DNA of 64,000 nucleotides from Escherichia coli (GTDB lineage Bacteria; Pseudomonadota; Gammaproteobacteria; Enterobacterales; Enterobacteriaceae): NCBI RefSeq assembly GCF_001677475.2, contig NZ_CP015229.1; one strand, 5' to 3'. Shown piece by piece: positions 23,267 to 33,712 of this stretch (position 1 is its first letter; each line of letters starts with the position of its first letter). The notes under the pieces were generated by a model. It saw only the letters and a program-made list of their open reading frames with translations, ran no database searches and was not told where the DNA came from. The position numbers and the translations under genes were made by a program.

Positions 23267-23507
23267 AGTGTCATTCAATATGGTTTTTAGGAGTTTCTTT
23301 AGGTTGACAATATTTAATATAGTGTCTCCACATGCGATATTTCTTAAATAATGTTTTATTATTACCACTTTTAATTCAGGGATAATGTGAGGTTATTACC
23401 CTCAAATAATATGAGATAAATAGTGCTGCAACATTGCATTTTTGCCCCGATTTATCCATGATCGAATTGTGACATTTGTCATACAACGAATAGGTTTTGT
23501 ACTTACT

Positions 23508-25091
23508 ATGGAATGGATTGCCGATCCGTCTATCTGGGCCGGGTTAATCACGCTGATTGTGATCGAACTGGTCCTCGGCATTGATAACCTGGTCTTTATT
23601 GCCATCCTCGCCGAAAAACTACCGCCGAAGCAGCGCGACCGCGCACGGGTTACCGGGCTGTTGCTGGCGATGTTAATGCGCCTGTTACTGCTGGCGTCAA
23701 TCTCCTGGCTGGTCACCCTGACACAACCGCTATTCAGCTTCCGCTCGTTTACCTTTAGCGCCCGCGATTTAATCATGCTGTTTGGTGGTTTCTTCCTGCT
23801 GTTCAAAGCCACGATGGAGCTGAACGAACGGCTGGAAGGGAAAGACAGCAATAACCCCACGCAACGCAAAGGTGCGAAGTTCTGGGGGGTGGTGACACAA
23901 ATTGTGGTACTGGACGCCATCTTCTCACTCGACTCAGTGATTACCGCCGTCGGGATGGTCGACCATTTACTGGTCATGATGGCCGCCGTTGTTATCGCTA
24001 TTAGCCTGATGTTGATGGCAAGCAAGCCGTTAACCCAGTTCGTTAACAGTCACCCGACCATCGTTATTCTCTGCTTAAGCTTCCTGTTGATGATTGGCTT
24101 TAGCCTGGTGGCGGAAGGTTTCGGCTTCGTCATTCCGAAAGGCTACCTGTACGCTGCCATTGGTTTCTCGGTGATGATCGAGGCGCTCAATCAGTTGGCT
24201 ATCTTTAACCGGCGACGTTTTCTTTCCGCTAACCAGACGCTGCGCCAGCGGACTACCGAAGCGGTAATGCGCCTGCTTAGCGGGCAAAAAGAAGATGCGG
24301 AACTGGACGCCGAAACCGCGTCCATGCTGGTGGATCATGGTAACCAGCAGATCTTTAATCCGCAGGAACGGCGGATGATTGAGCGGGTACTTAATCTTAA
24401 CCAGCGTACCGTCAGCAGCATTATGACGTCGCGCCACGATATTGAGCATATCGATCTCAACGCGCCGGAAGAAGAAATCCGCCAGTTGCTGGAGCGAAAT
24501 CAGCATACGCGGCTGGTGGTTACCGACGGTGATGACGCAGAAGATTTGCTCGGTGTTGTTCACGTTATCGACCTGCTACAACAGTCTCTGCGCGGCGAAC
24601 CGCTCAACCTGCGGGTGTTGATTCGCCAGCCGCTGGTGTTCCCGGAAACCTTGCCGTTGTTACCTGCCCTGGAGCAGTTCCGTAATGCCCGCACGCACTT
24701 TGCTTTTGTGGTGGATGAGTTTGGTTCAGTGGAAGGGATTGTGACATTAAGTGACGTCACTGAAACCATTGCCGGTAACTTACCGAACGAAGTGGAAGAG
24801 ATCGACGCCCGCCATGATATTCAGAAGAATGCGGACGGTTCCTGGACGGCGAATGGTCATATGCCGCTGGAGGATCTGGTGCAATATGTGCCGCTACCGC
24901 TGGATGAAAAACGTGAATATCACACCATTGCCGGGCTGTTGATGGAATATTTACAGCGTATTCCAAAACCTGGCGAAGAAGTTCAGGTGGGGGATTATTT
25001 GCTTAAAACGTTGCAGGTGGAAAGCCATCGCGTGCAGAAGGTGCAGATTATTCCACTGCGTAAGGATAGCGAGATGGAGTACGAGGTGTGA
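23508..25091 (+). CDS. yegH: TerC-family inner-membrane protein with CBS and CorC/HlyC C-terminal domains, YegH
   Basis: ORF 23442..25091; start trimmed to [34 protein letters not shown]... (527 aa). Confidence 0.85.
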   Translation: MEWIADPSIWAGLITLIVIELVLGIDNLVFIAILAEKLPPKQRDRARVTGLLLAMLMRLLLLASISWLVTLTQPLFSFRSFTFSARDLIMLFGGFFLLFKATMELNERLEGKDSNNPTQRKGAKFWGVVTQIVVLDAIFSLDSVITAVGMVDHLLVMMAAVVIAISLMLMASKPLTQFVNSHPTIVILCLSFLLMIGFSLVAEGFGFVIPKGYLYAAIGFSVMIEALNQLAIFNRRRFLSANQTLRQRTTEAVMRLLSGQKEDAELDAETASMLVDHGNQQIFNPQERRMIERVLNLNQRTVSSIMTSRHDIEHIDLNAPEEEIRQLLERNQHTRLVVTDGDDAEDLLGVVHVIDLLQQSLRGEPLNLRVLIRQPLVFPETLPLLPALEQFRNARTHFAFVVDEFGSVEGIVTLSDVTETIAGNLPNEVEEIDARHDIQKNADGSWTANGHMPLEDLVQYVPLPLDEKREYHTIAGLLMEYLQRIPKPGEEVQVGDYLLKTLQVESHRVQKVQIIPLRKDSEMEYEV

Positions 25092-25100
25092 TAAAACATC

Positions 25101-25135
25101 AAATGCGCAGGTTCAAACTGCGCATTTGATTTATA
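25101..25135 (+). terminator. Rho-independent terminator of yegH
   Basis: Perfect hairpin aaatgcgcag-gttcaaa-ctgcgcattt followed by T-rich gatttatacaaaattt, 10 bp after the yegH stop. Confidence 0.6.
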
Positions 25136-25165
25136 CAAAATTTAGTATAATCTAAGGATGGAGTA

Positions 25166-25527
25166 ATGAGAAAAAAGCTGGCTTTTCTTGATACCAGTCT
25201 TGACGATTTACGCGCATTTCCAGAATCGTCTCGACAGGAAATTGGCTATCAACTCGCCAGGAAATTGGCTATCAACTCGACAGGATCCAACAAGGGTTAA
25301 ACCCATACGACTGGAAACCTTTTACAACTATCGGCCCGGGTGTGCGAGAGATTCGTACTCGCGATGCTGATGGGATCTATCGCGTCATGTATGTCGCAAA
25401 ATTTGAAGAAGCGGTTTACGTATTGCATTGTTTTCAAAAGAAAACACAGACTACCAGTCAATCGGATATTGATTTAGCCAAACGACGCTATAAAGAACTT
25501 GTTCAGGAGCGGAAAAATGAAAATTGA
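25166..25527 (+). pseudogene. HigB-like (Gp49/COG4679-type, RelE/ParE superfamily) toxin gene, frameshifted by a 23-bp tandem duplication
   Basis: RBS aaggatggag then ATG 25166; reads MRKKLAFLDTSLDDLRAFPESSRQEIGYQL then hits a stop at about 25300; the C-terminal part continues in another frame (ORF 25342..25527: ...REIRTRDADGIYRVMYVAKFEEAVYVLHCFQKKTQTTSQ...). Deleting one repeat copy restores a single ~112-aa ORF with the HxFxKKTQ motif. Confidence 0.7.
25234..25279 (+). repeat. 23-bp tandem duplication inside the toxin gene
   Basis: acaggaaattggctatcaactcg followed by ccaggaaattggctatcaactcg, then acagga again; 23 bp is not a multiple of 3. Confidence 0.9.
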
Positions 25528-25807
25528 AACCTTTGATAGTGTGTGGGATGCGGTGAGTGTCACCCCTGAACAAGCGGAAAATATGCGGATCCGTGCCGAG
25601 CTTGTAACGATCATTAATAACTGGATTGAACAACAAGGGTTTAGCCAGACTCAGGCAGCGTCTGCTTTAGGGGTCACTCAACCTCGCATATCTGAACTTG
25701 CCAGAGGTAAGATCCAGATCTTTAGTATCGATAAATTGATCACCATGATGGCTCATGCAGGATTGCATATTCAACGTATTGAAGTTCAATATCCACATGC
25801 TGCTTAG
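25517..25807 (+). CDS. HTH XRE-family antitoxin (HigA-like), apparently intact
   Basis: MKIETFDSVWDAVSVTPEQAENMRIRAELVTIINNWIEQQGFSQTQAASALGVTQPRISELARGKIQIFSIDKLITMMAHAGLHIQRIEVQYPHAA; start ATG overlaps the 3' end of the toxin frame by 11 bp. Confidence 0.75.
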   Translation: MKIETFDSVWDAVSVTPEQAENMRIRAELVTIINNWIEQQGFSQTQAASALGVTQPRISELARGKIQIFSIDKLITMMAHAGLHIQRIEVQYPHAA

Positions 25808-25818
25808 TACTATAAATA

Positions 25819-25848
25819 CAGATGGCGACAAATTGACGCCGCCATCTG
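25819..25848 (-). terminator. Stem-loop downstream of asmA, probable terminator
   Basis: cagatggcg-(loop)-cgccatctg; on the minus strand it is followed by tatttatagt. Confidence 0.4.
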
Positions 25849-25859
25849 CATAACTTGTC

Positions 25860-27713
25860 TTACATCTTCTCCAGCAACTTCTTCACATCTTTGCCATTGC
25901 GGGAATCTTTATTCCGCTCGGCCCAGTCATTCAGGCGACGTTTCGCTTCGTCCTGTAGATGTTTGCGCAGTAACTGATCCACTTGCAGACTGTAATTGAG
26001 TTGCTGCCAGTTGCCATAAACCCGCAGCGGTACTGGCGTTTCTTTGAGGAAATCAATCAGTTTGCTTTCCCCGTTCCAGCCACCCACGACCCGAATATCA
26101 AACTGGGTGTCGCAGGTTTGATCTGCCAGATTCAACATACCTTCCCCTGTAAGCGCCAGCACAGGCGATTGACCTTGCATGTCGTTTAACGTCACGACGC
26201 CATCCTTCAACGTCAAATCGGTGGTAAAGCGATCAAGCCGCGTCACGTTATCGAAGTTTTCAGCGGCCTTCACATCACCACCATTACGCTCTACCGCTTG
26301 CTGAATCATCTGCTGGAAGTTCATCCCTTCCATGCGCGTGTCAGTCATTTCGACATGTGCCTGTCCTTGCCAGTTGTGGCGGAATGCGTCGGCATCTATG
26401 TCAGCACCGGAGAAATCACCAGCCAGTGACATTTTTCCGGTCAACGAAATCGGATAGTTAAACGCCTTCAGAATGGTACCAATCTCAACGTTTTCCAGCC
26501 GTGGCTGAAAGTTTATCCGCGGATTTGCTGATGTCGCGTCCAGCGTGCCCGGCAGTGAAACCTGTCCACCGTTAAGTTTGCCCTGCAGTTGAGTAATTTC
26601 CAGCAAACCCGACTTGTTGGTCATTTGCGTGGCAACATCTGTAAAATTCATTCCGCGCCAGCGCACGTTACTGGCTTGCAACAAAATATCAGCCGTAAAG
26701 CCTTGCAGTCCCTGATAGGCCGGTTCATCAATACGCGAAGAAATGACCGGGCGCGGCAACGTTGATTGGCTCTGCCCTTGCTGCGCGGCACCGTTTTCAC
26801 CATTCGCTGTTTCATTAAGCGGGATGAGGTTGTCAAGATTCAGTTGCGGGAATTGCAGTCTCAGCTGCCATTCCGGTTTCTCTGTCAGCGTGACCTGTGC
26901 TTGCCCGCTCAGCGTACTTTCATTGGCGGTCAAGCTGATTTGGTTAAATGAAAGGCGTTTATGTGACTCCTGCCACTGGGCCTGGAAACTCCCCTGCCCC
27001 TGAATACCTTGTTTTGGTAAATCGGCACCCTGCAACTGCCAGTTAATTTGTTCAATAGCCGCCGTTAAATCATGCGGATAATCAGAAGCATCTACCGTAC
27101 CGTTAAGGGATATCGTGAGATCGCGCTGATCGCGATTAACCCGCCCGGAGAACTCAAATGAGCCACGATGTTGGGGATCTTGTTCCATTTGCAGGCGGAT
27201 ATTACGGATTGTCACCTGCTCGTCATCTTCATGCTGGAACACCAGAACGCTGTCCGCCACCTTAAGACTGGATATATCAAACGACCATCCGCGATCGTCT
27301 GACAGATCCGGCAAAGTATTGTCGCGCGGTGCAACAGGAGCGTCTTCACTGCGCACCGCTTCAGTCTGCGGCGTCAGTTGGATCACTGCCCCTTTTAGCA
27401 TCACCTGCTTAACGCTCAGTTGATGACTCAGTAGTGGTAAAAGCGCCACGTCCAGACGCATGTTGTCGGCGCGAACCAGTGGCTGGCTTGCGCCCTGGGC
27501 GGTGAGAGACATTCGCCCGGAGAGGATACTAAGCTGCGGCCAGACGTGCCAACGCAGTGGCCCGTCGAGCTGCAATTGATAACCGCTACGTGCAGCAACT
27601 TGCTTGACCATATAGTCGCGGAAATCATTCGGATTCACCAGCAACACTAACGCAGATAACCCGGCCACCAGCACGACCAGGAGTATCATCAGCGTCGTCA
27701 GAAATCGTCTCAT
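25860..27713 (-). CDS. asmA: Outer-membrane assembly protein AsmA
   Basis: 617-aa ORF MRRFLTTLMILLVVLVAGLSALVLLVNPNDFRDYMVKQVAARSGYQL...; N-terminal TM anchor. Confidence 0.9.
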   Translation of the reverse strand: MRRFLTTLMILLVVLVAGLSALVLLVNPNDFRDYMVKQVAARSGYQLQLDGPLRWHVWPQLSILSGRMSLTAQGASQPLVRADNMRLDVALLPLLSHQLSVKQVMLKGAVIQLTPQTEAVRSEDAPVAPRDNTLPDLSDDRGWSFDISSLKVADSVLVFQHEDDEQVTIRNIRLQMEQDPQHRGSFEFSGRVNRDQRDLTISLNGTVDASDYPHDLTAAIEQINWQLQGADLPKQGIQGQGSFQAQWQESHKRLSFNQISLTANESTLSGQAQVTLTEKPEWQLRLQFPQLNLDNLIPLNETANGENGAAQQGQSQSTLPRPVISSRIDEPAYQGLQGFTADILLQASNVRWRGMNFTDVATQMTNKSGLLEITQLQGKLNGGQVSLPGTLDATSANPRINFQPRLENVEIGTILKAFNYPISLTGKMSLAGDFSGADIDADAFRHNWQGQAHVEMTDTRMEGMNFQQMIQQAVERNGGDVKAAENFDNVTRLDRFTTDLTLKDGVVTLNDMQGQSPVLALTGEGMLNLADQTCDTQFDIRVVGGWNGESKLIDFLKETPVPLRVYGNWQQLNYSLQVDQLLRKHLQDEAKRRLNDWAERNKDSRNGKDVKKLLEKM

Positions 27714-27734
27714 GGTATCCTCAATGGGCCTGAA

Positions 27735-28316
27735 TTAGTCTTTATCGATTCGGCTGGCTACCGCGCCCTGCTGGTTGCGATATTTCGCATCTTCACGGCG
27801 GTTGTAAGGTCGCGCCGCCGGGCCGGAAAGCGGCTCAAAGCTCAGCGCACCAATTAACATGCCCGGACGCAGCGCCAGCGGCAACTTACCGGAGTTGTAG
27901 AACTCCAGCACAATGCAGCCAGACCAGCCCGGATCGATACGGTGCGCGGTGACGTGCACCATAAGCCCCAGACGCGCCAATGAGGAACGCCCGTCCAGCC
28001 ATCCCACCAGATCGGCTGGCAGCGTCACTGACTCCAGCGTCACCGCCAGCGCCAGCTCTCCTGGGTGAAGATAAAACGCCTCGCTTTCATCGAGTACGAT
28101 CTCATCGCTCATCACGCGGTCAAGCGCGGCGCTCACTTCATCTTTGGGACCGCTCAGATCGATAAACGCTGCCGTGTGACCACGGAAGGTACGAAATTTA
28201 TTGCCCAGGCGCACATCCACCGTCGCGCCATTAATACGCTCCACTGGCGGACGTGGGTTGATCGACAAACGGCCTTCATCAAGCCAGGCTTCAATATCTC
28301 GGTCACACAGACGCAT
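27735..28316 (-). CDS. dcd: dCTP deaminase Dcd
   Basis: 193-aa [44 protein letters not shown]... Confidence 0.9.
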   Translation of the reverse strand: MRLCDRDIEAWLDEGRLSINPRPPVERINGATVDVRLGNKFRTFRGHTAAFIDLSGPKDEVSAALDRVMSDEIVLDESEAFYLHPGELALAVTLESVTLPADLVGWLDGRSSLARLGLMVHVTAHRIDPGWSGCIVLEFYNSGKLPLALRPGMLIGALSFEPLSGPAARPYNRREDAKYRNQQGAVASRIDKD

Positions 28317-28407
28317 GGCATTTTCTCCTTTCGCGCATCACTCCCTTAACGCCAATTACGTCAAGGGCATACCAGGTTATCACTGAACGGTACACAATTT
28401 ATCAAGC

Positions 28408-29049
28408 TTATTCAAAGAACTGACTTATTTTCGCTTTCAATATATCGATGGCGATGCGGTTTTTCCCGCCGCGCGGCACGATAATGTCCGCATATTGTTT
28501 AGAAGGCTCAATGAATTGCAGGAACATCGGGCGCACGGTTTTTTGATATTGCGCCATCACGGAATCCATTGAACGCCCACGCTCGTTAACGTCACGCTTG
28601 ATGCGCCGCATCAGACAGATATCCAGCGGGGTATCAACGAAAATTGAGAAGTTAAGTTCATCACGCAAACGCGCATCCGTCAGCAGCAAAATGCCTTCGA
28701 GAATGATGACTTTCTTCGGCTCAACCGTCACCGTTTCTTTCATACGCGTATGTTCAACATAGCTGTAAACCGGCAGGTCAATGGCCGAGCCGCGTTTCAA
28801 TGCTTGTAAATGCTCAAGCAGCAGGCTGTGATCCATCGCGCTGGGATGGTCGTAGTTGGTCTTAACGCGTTCTTCCATCGACAGATGGCTTTGATCTTTG
28901 TAATAGCAGTCTTCGGGAATTACGCCGATGTGTTCATCACCGACTTGCTCACGTAATTCACGATAAAGGGTACTGGCAATAAGACTCTTGCCGGAAGCCG
29001 ATGCGCCAGCGATACCGATAATGACGCACTGATGAGACTGATCAGTCAT
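28408..29049 (-). CDS. udk: Uridine/cytidine kinase Udk
   Basis: ORF 28408..29112 trimmed to [23 protein letters not shown]... (213 aa); P-loop GASASGKS. Confidence 0.85.
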
Positions 29050-29366
29050 ATATTTAGCGACCTGATTAACCTGGATGTTAGGAAGGGGGCGACGAAGCGC
29101 CAAACGCGGCAATTATAGGGATTTCATCCGCCTGATACCAGTCGAATAGCGTTGCCGCGCGCTCAGAGTAATTGTTGACGAATAATTCCCGGTGGCAAAT
29201 TACGTTGTTCAGTTTTAATGCAAGGTAAAAATTGTTATACGCAGTTGCGCAAATTATCCGCCTTTACGTCACTTTATGAGCAATTCGCATATAAAATGTA
29301 AAACTTTTGTACTAGCATAAACACAGAAACGAATACTGGCGACCTGGTCTTGCGGATAAAGCGGTA

Positions 29367-32300
29367 ATGAGCAAACAATCACAGCATGTATTAATTGCCC
29401 TACCCCACCCGCTGCTTCACCTGGTCAGTTTAGGTTTAGTCTCGTTTATCTTTACCCTTTTCTCGCTTGAGCTTTCGCAGTTTGGCACCCAACTCGCCCC
29501 ACTGTGGTTCCCGACGTCCATCATGATGGTGGCGTTTTATCGCCATGCCGGGCGCATGTGGCCGGGGATTGCGCTGAGCTGCTCGCTGGGAAATATCGCC
29601 GCATCCATCCTGCTTTTTTCCACCAGCTCGCTGAACATGACCTGGACGACCATCAATATTGTTGAAGCCGTGGTCGGGGCAGTGCTACTGCGTAAATTGC
29701 TGCCGTGGTATAACCCATTGCAAAATCTGGCTGACTGGCTGCGTCTGGCACTCGGCAGCGCCATTGTTCCGCCTCTGTTGGGGGGTGTTCTGGTTGTCCT
29801 GCTGACGCCCGGAGACGATCCTCTCAGGGCATTTTTGATATGGGTACTGTCAGAATCCATCGGCGCACTGGCACTGGTGCCGCTGGGATTGTTATTTAAA
29901 CCACACTATCTGCTGCGCCATCGCAACCCACGGTTGCTTTTTGAGTCGCTGCTCACGTTGGCCATCACACTGACGTTAAGCTGGCTTTCGATGCTGTATC
30001 TGCCGTGGCCTTTTACTTTCATTATTGTGCTGTTGATGTGGAGCGCCGTGCGCCTGCCACGAATGGAAGCCTTTTTGATCTTCCTTACCACGGTGATGAT
30101 GGTGTCACTGATGATGGCCGCTGATCCCTCCCTGCTTGCTACGCCGCGTACATACCTGATGAGCCATATGCCGTGGCTACCGTTTTTGCTGATCCTACTG
30201 CCCGCCAACATCATGACCATGGTGATGTATGCCTTTCGTGCGGAGCGCAAACACATTTCCGAAAGCGAAACCCGTTTTCGTAATGCCATGGAATATTCCG
30301 CCATCGGCATGGCATTAGTGGGCACCGAGGGACAATGGCTGCAATCCAACAAAGCACTCTGCCAGTTTCTCGGTTACAGTCAGGAAGAACTGCGCGGACT
30401 CACCTTTCAGCAACTGACCTGGCCGGAGGATCTCAATAAAGATCTGCAACAGGTTGAAAAGCTGATCAGCGGTGAAATAAACACCTATTCAATGGAAAAA
30501 CGCTACTACAACCGCAATGGCGATGTTGTCTGGGCGTTGCTTGCCGTCTCACTGGTGCGCCACACGGATGGCACGCCGCTCTATTTTATCGCTCAGATTG
30601 AAGACATTAACGAGCTAAAACGCACCGAACAGGTGAATCAGCAACTGATGGAGCGCATCACGCTGGCTAACGAAGCGGGCGGGATTGGCATCTGGGAGTG
30701 GGAGCTTAAGCCGAATATTTTTAGCTGGGATAAGCGGATGTTCGAGCTGTATGAAATTCCTCCGCATATCAAACCGAACTGGCAGGTGTGGTACGAGTGC
30801 GTGCTGCCGGAAGATCGCCAGCACGCCGAAAAAGTGATTCGCGATTCATTGCAATCGCGCTCTCCCTTTAAACTGGAATTTCGCATTACCGTGAAAGACG
30901 GCATTCGCCATATCCGCGCCCTCGCTAACCGGGTACTGAATAAAGAAGGCGAAGTCGAACGCCTGCTCGGCATTAATATGGATATGACCGAAGTGAAACA
31001 GCTTAACGAGGCATTGTTTCAGGAAAAAGAGCGCCTGCACATAACGCTGGATTCCATCGGTGAAGCCGTGGTCTGTATTGATATGGCGATGAAAATTACC
31101 TTTATGAATCCGGTGGCGGAGAAGATGAGCGGCTGGACGCAGGAAGAAGCGTTAGGTGTTCCGCTCCTGACGGTGTTGCATATTACTTTTGGCGACAACG
31201 GACCATTAATGGAGAACATTTACAGTGCCGACACCTCACGTTCCGCGATTGAACAAGATGTGGTGTTGCACTGCCGAAGCGGCGGCAGCTACGACGTGCA
31301 TTACAGTATTACGCCGTTAAGTACTCTGGACGGCAGCAATATAGGCTCGGTTCTGGTGATTCAGGACGTCACCGAATCACGCAAAATGCTGCGCCAGCTG
31401 AGCTACAGCGCCTCCCATGATGCACTGACGCATCTCGCCAATCGCGCCAGTTTTGAGAAGCAACTACGCATCCTGCTGCAAACGGTAAACAGTACACATC
31501 AGCGACATGCACTGGTGTTTATCGATCTTGATCGCTTTAAAGCGGTGAATGACAGCGCCGGGCACGCCGCTGGCGACGCTTTACTGCGCGAACTGGCGTC
31601 ATTGATGCTGAGTATGCTGCGCTCCAGCGACGTGCTGGCGCGACTCGGTGGCGATGAATTTGGTCTGCTGCTGCCAGATTGTAATGTCGAAAGTGCGCGT
31701 TTTATCGCTACACGCATTATCAGCGCCGTGAATGACTATCACTTTATCTGGGAAGGACGTGTACATCGGGTAGGTGCCAGTGCCGGGATTACCTTGATTG
31801 ATGACAACAATCATCAGGCGGCTGAAGTGATGTCGCAGGCTGATATCGCCTGTTATGCCTCCAAAAATGGTGGACGGGGCCGGGTGACGGTTTACGAACC
31901 GCAGCAAGCTGCCGCACATAGCGAACGGGCGGCGATATCGCTTGATGAACAGTGGCGGATGATTAAAGAGAATCAGTTGATGATGATCGCCCACGGTGTC
32001 GCTTCGCCGCGGATCCCGCAAGCGCGTAATTTGTGGCTGATTTCACTTAAGCTCTGGAGTTGCGAAGGCGAGATTATTGATGAACAAACATTTCGTCGTA
32101 GCTTCAGCGATCCGGCACTTAGCCATGCTCTTGACCGACGGGTATTCCACGAATTTTTCCAGCAGGCCGCAAAAGCGGTTGCCAGTAAAGGCATAAGCAT
32201 CGCCCTCCCCCTTTCCGTTGCTGGTTTGAGTAGCGCCACACTGGTGAATGAACTGCTTGAGCAGCTGGAAAATAGCCCTCTACCACCACGGTTATTGCAT

Positions 32301-32684
32301 CTGATTATTCCGGCAGACGCGATTTTAGATCACGCAGAAAGCGTGCAAAAACTGCGACTGGCGGGATGTCGGATCGTATTCAGTCAGGTGGGCCGCGATC
32401 TGCAAATCTTCAACTCGCTGAAAGCGAATATGGCAGATTACCTGCTACTTGATGGTGAGTTATGCGCCAACGTGCAGGGAAATTTGATGGATGAGATGCT
32501 GATTACGATCATTCAGGGGCACGCTCAGCGGCTCGGGATGAAGACCATCGCCGGGCCAGTAGTTTTACCCCTGGTGATGGATACGCTTTCTGGCATCGGC
32601 GTCGATCTGATTTATGGCGATGTGATTGCCGATGCCCAACCGCTGGATTTGCTGGTGAATAGCAGTTATTTCGCGATTAACTAA
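29367..32684 (+). CDS. dgcE: Diguanylate cyclase DgcE (YegE): membrane MASE1, PAS, GGDEF and degenerate EAL domains
   Basis: 1105-aa ORF; N-terminal polytopic membrane region, PAS-like segments, intact GGDEF (RLGGDEFGLLL); C-terminal EAL-like region without an obvious EAL motif. Confidence 0.85.
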   Translation: MSKQSQHVLIALPHPLLHLVSLGLVSFIFTLFSLELSQFGTQLAPLWFPTSIMMVAFYRHAGRMWPGIALSCSLGNIAASILLFSTSSLNMTWTTINIVEAVVGAVLLRKLLPWYNPLQNLADWLRLALGSAIVPPLLGGVLVVLLTPGDDPLRAFLIWVLSESIGALALVPLGLLFKPHYLLRHRNPRLLFESLLTLAITLTLSWLSMLYLPWPFTFIIVLLMWSAVRLPRMEAFLIFLTTVMMVSLMMAADPSLLATPRTYLMSHMPWLPFLLILLPANIMTMVMYAFRAERKHISESETRFRNAMEYSAIGMALVGTEGQWLQSNKALCQFLGYSQEELRGLTFQQLTWPEDLNKDLQQVEKLISGEINTYSMEKRYYNRNGDVVWALLAVSLVRHTDGTPLYFIAQIEDINELKRTEQVNQQLMERITLANEAGGIGIWEWELKPNIFSWDKRMFELYEIPPHIKPNWQVWYECVLPEDRQHAEKVIRDSLQSRSPFKLEFRITVKDGIRHIRALANRVLNKEGEVERLLGINMDMTEVKQLNEALFQEKERLHITLDSIGEAVVCIDMAMKITFMNPVAEKMSGWTQEEALGVPLLTVLHITFGDNGPLMENIYSADTSRSAIEQDVVLHCRSGGSYDVHYSITPLSTLDGSNIGSVLVIQDVTESRKMLRQLSYSASHDALTHLANRASFEKQLRILLQTVNSTHQRHALVFIDLDRFKAVNDSAGHAAGDALLRELASLMLSMLRSSDVLARLGGDEFGLLLPDCNVESARFIATRIISAVNDYHFIWEGRVHRVGASAGITLIDDNNHQAAEVMSQADIACYASKNGGRGRVTVYEPQQAAAHSERAAISLDEQWRMIKENQLMMIAHGVASPRIPQARNLWLISLKLWSCEGEIIDEQTFRRSFSDPALSHALDRRVFHEFFQQAAKAVASKGISIALPLSVAGLSSATLVNELLEQLENSPLPPRLLHLIIPADAILDHAESVQKLRLAGCRIVFSQVGRDLQIFNSLKANMADYLLLDGELCANVQGNLMDEMLITIIQGHAQRLGMKTIAGPVVLPLVMDTLSGIGVDLIYGDVIADAQPLDLLVNSSYFAIN

Positions 32685-32721
32685 GGCGTGATTCCCCATC
32701 GACTGATGCGGCGTATCAGGC

Positions 32722-33579
32722 CTACAATTCGTCCGTTCCGTCTGGTTGCCAGCCTTCCGTATACCAGATATGCAACAGCGCATAAGAACGCCAGGGCTTC
32801 CAGCGTTCGGCATAACGGCGGATTTGTGCCGGTGTCATTCCCGGAAATCGCTGTTTAATCAGATAATCATCCGGCAGGAAAACATCTTTCGCCTGCCAGC
32901 CACGTAAGGCGAAATAATTCGCCGTCCAGCGCCCGATACCCGGAAAAGTTTGCAGCGTTTTCATCGCTTGCTCTACGTCGCCCGGAATTGTCATTGATAA
33001 GGTGCCCTCCAGCGCCGCATTTGCCAGATGAATCAGTGCCTCTGCCCGTTTCAACGGCATACCTAACGCTTTTAATGCCTGCGGGTCGGCTGCTGCCAGC
33101 CGCTGAGGCGTGGGGAAGCAGACATAATCCGGAAAATCATCCAGCCGTTCGCCATAAAGCTGTGCCACTCTGGCGGTCAATTTTGCCGCCATCGCCACGC
33201 TCACCAGTTGGCCTAAAATCGCCCGCACGCCCTGCTCAAAAGCATCAACACTGCCGGGTAAACGCAATCCGGGCCGCGCCGCGCCTAACTTGCCCAACGC
33301 ACCGTTAACAATCTGCGGGTTACATTGCAGATCAAACAGGCGGCTCATTTTCGCCAGACACTCTGCGGCAACAGGTTCTAAACCTGCACTTAAATTTATG
33401 TGCAGAGTATGGCGGGCTATATCCGGAATAGCAGTCACCACGCCGCGATATTCGCCCACCGCCAGACTACGGGCATAATAATCGTCAGCGACCGTTTCCA
33501 CACCGTTCACCGCACGGGCGGCAAGAAATCCCAACATCCACGACCAGTCATACGGCGGCTGCCAGTTCAGGGTATACAT
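32722..33579 (-). CDS. alkA: DNA-3-methyladenine glycosylase II AlkA
   Basis: 285-aa ORF MYTLNWQPPYDWSWMLGFLAARAV...; helix-hairpin-helix glycosylase fold (...FPGIGRWTANYFALRG...). Confidence 0.9.
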   Translation of the reverse strand: MYTLNWQPPYDWSWMLGFLAARAVNGVETVADDYYARSLAVGEYRGVVTAIPDIARHTLHINLSAGLEPVAAECLAKMSRLFDLQCNPQIVNGALGKLGAARPGLRLPGSVDAFEQGVRAILGQLVSVAMAAKLTARVAQLYGERLDDFPDYVCFPTPQRLAAADPQALKALGMPLKRAEALIHLANAALEGTLSMTIPGDVEQAMKTLQTFPGIGRWTANYFALRGWQAKDVFLPDDYLIKQRFPGMTPAQIRRYAERWKPWRSYALLHIWYTEGWQPDGTDEL

Positions 33580-33712
33580 CGCATCTCCTTGTTAATCCGC
33601 TTTCAGCATAAACGTTATTCAGACGCTACGCTTTGCTTTCATATTCCGGTTGTCGCGACGGCAACATTTCGCTAAAGTCACGCCCCTTCTTCACCGGCAT
33701 GGGGATTATTTC

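Noticed and set aside
22851-23440. Possible small protein or mobile-element remnant in the 590-bp AT-rich wza upstream region
   Set aside because: There is no ORF with an RBS and coherent translation. The region contains the ops/JUMPstart element and is the long regulated leader and promoter of the cps operon, divergent from yegH.
25188-25370. 60-aa ORF (MIPVLTIYAHFQNRLDRKLAINS...) from the six-frame track
   Set aside because: It is an out-of-frame reading across the frameshifted toxin gene. The toxin frame starts at the RBS-associated ATG at 25166 and continues in the 25342..25527 frame.
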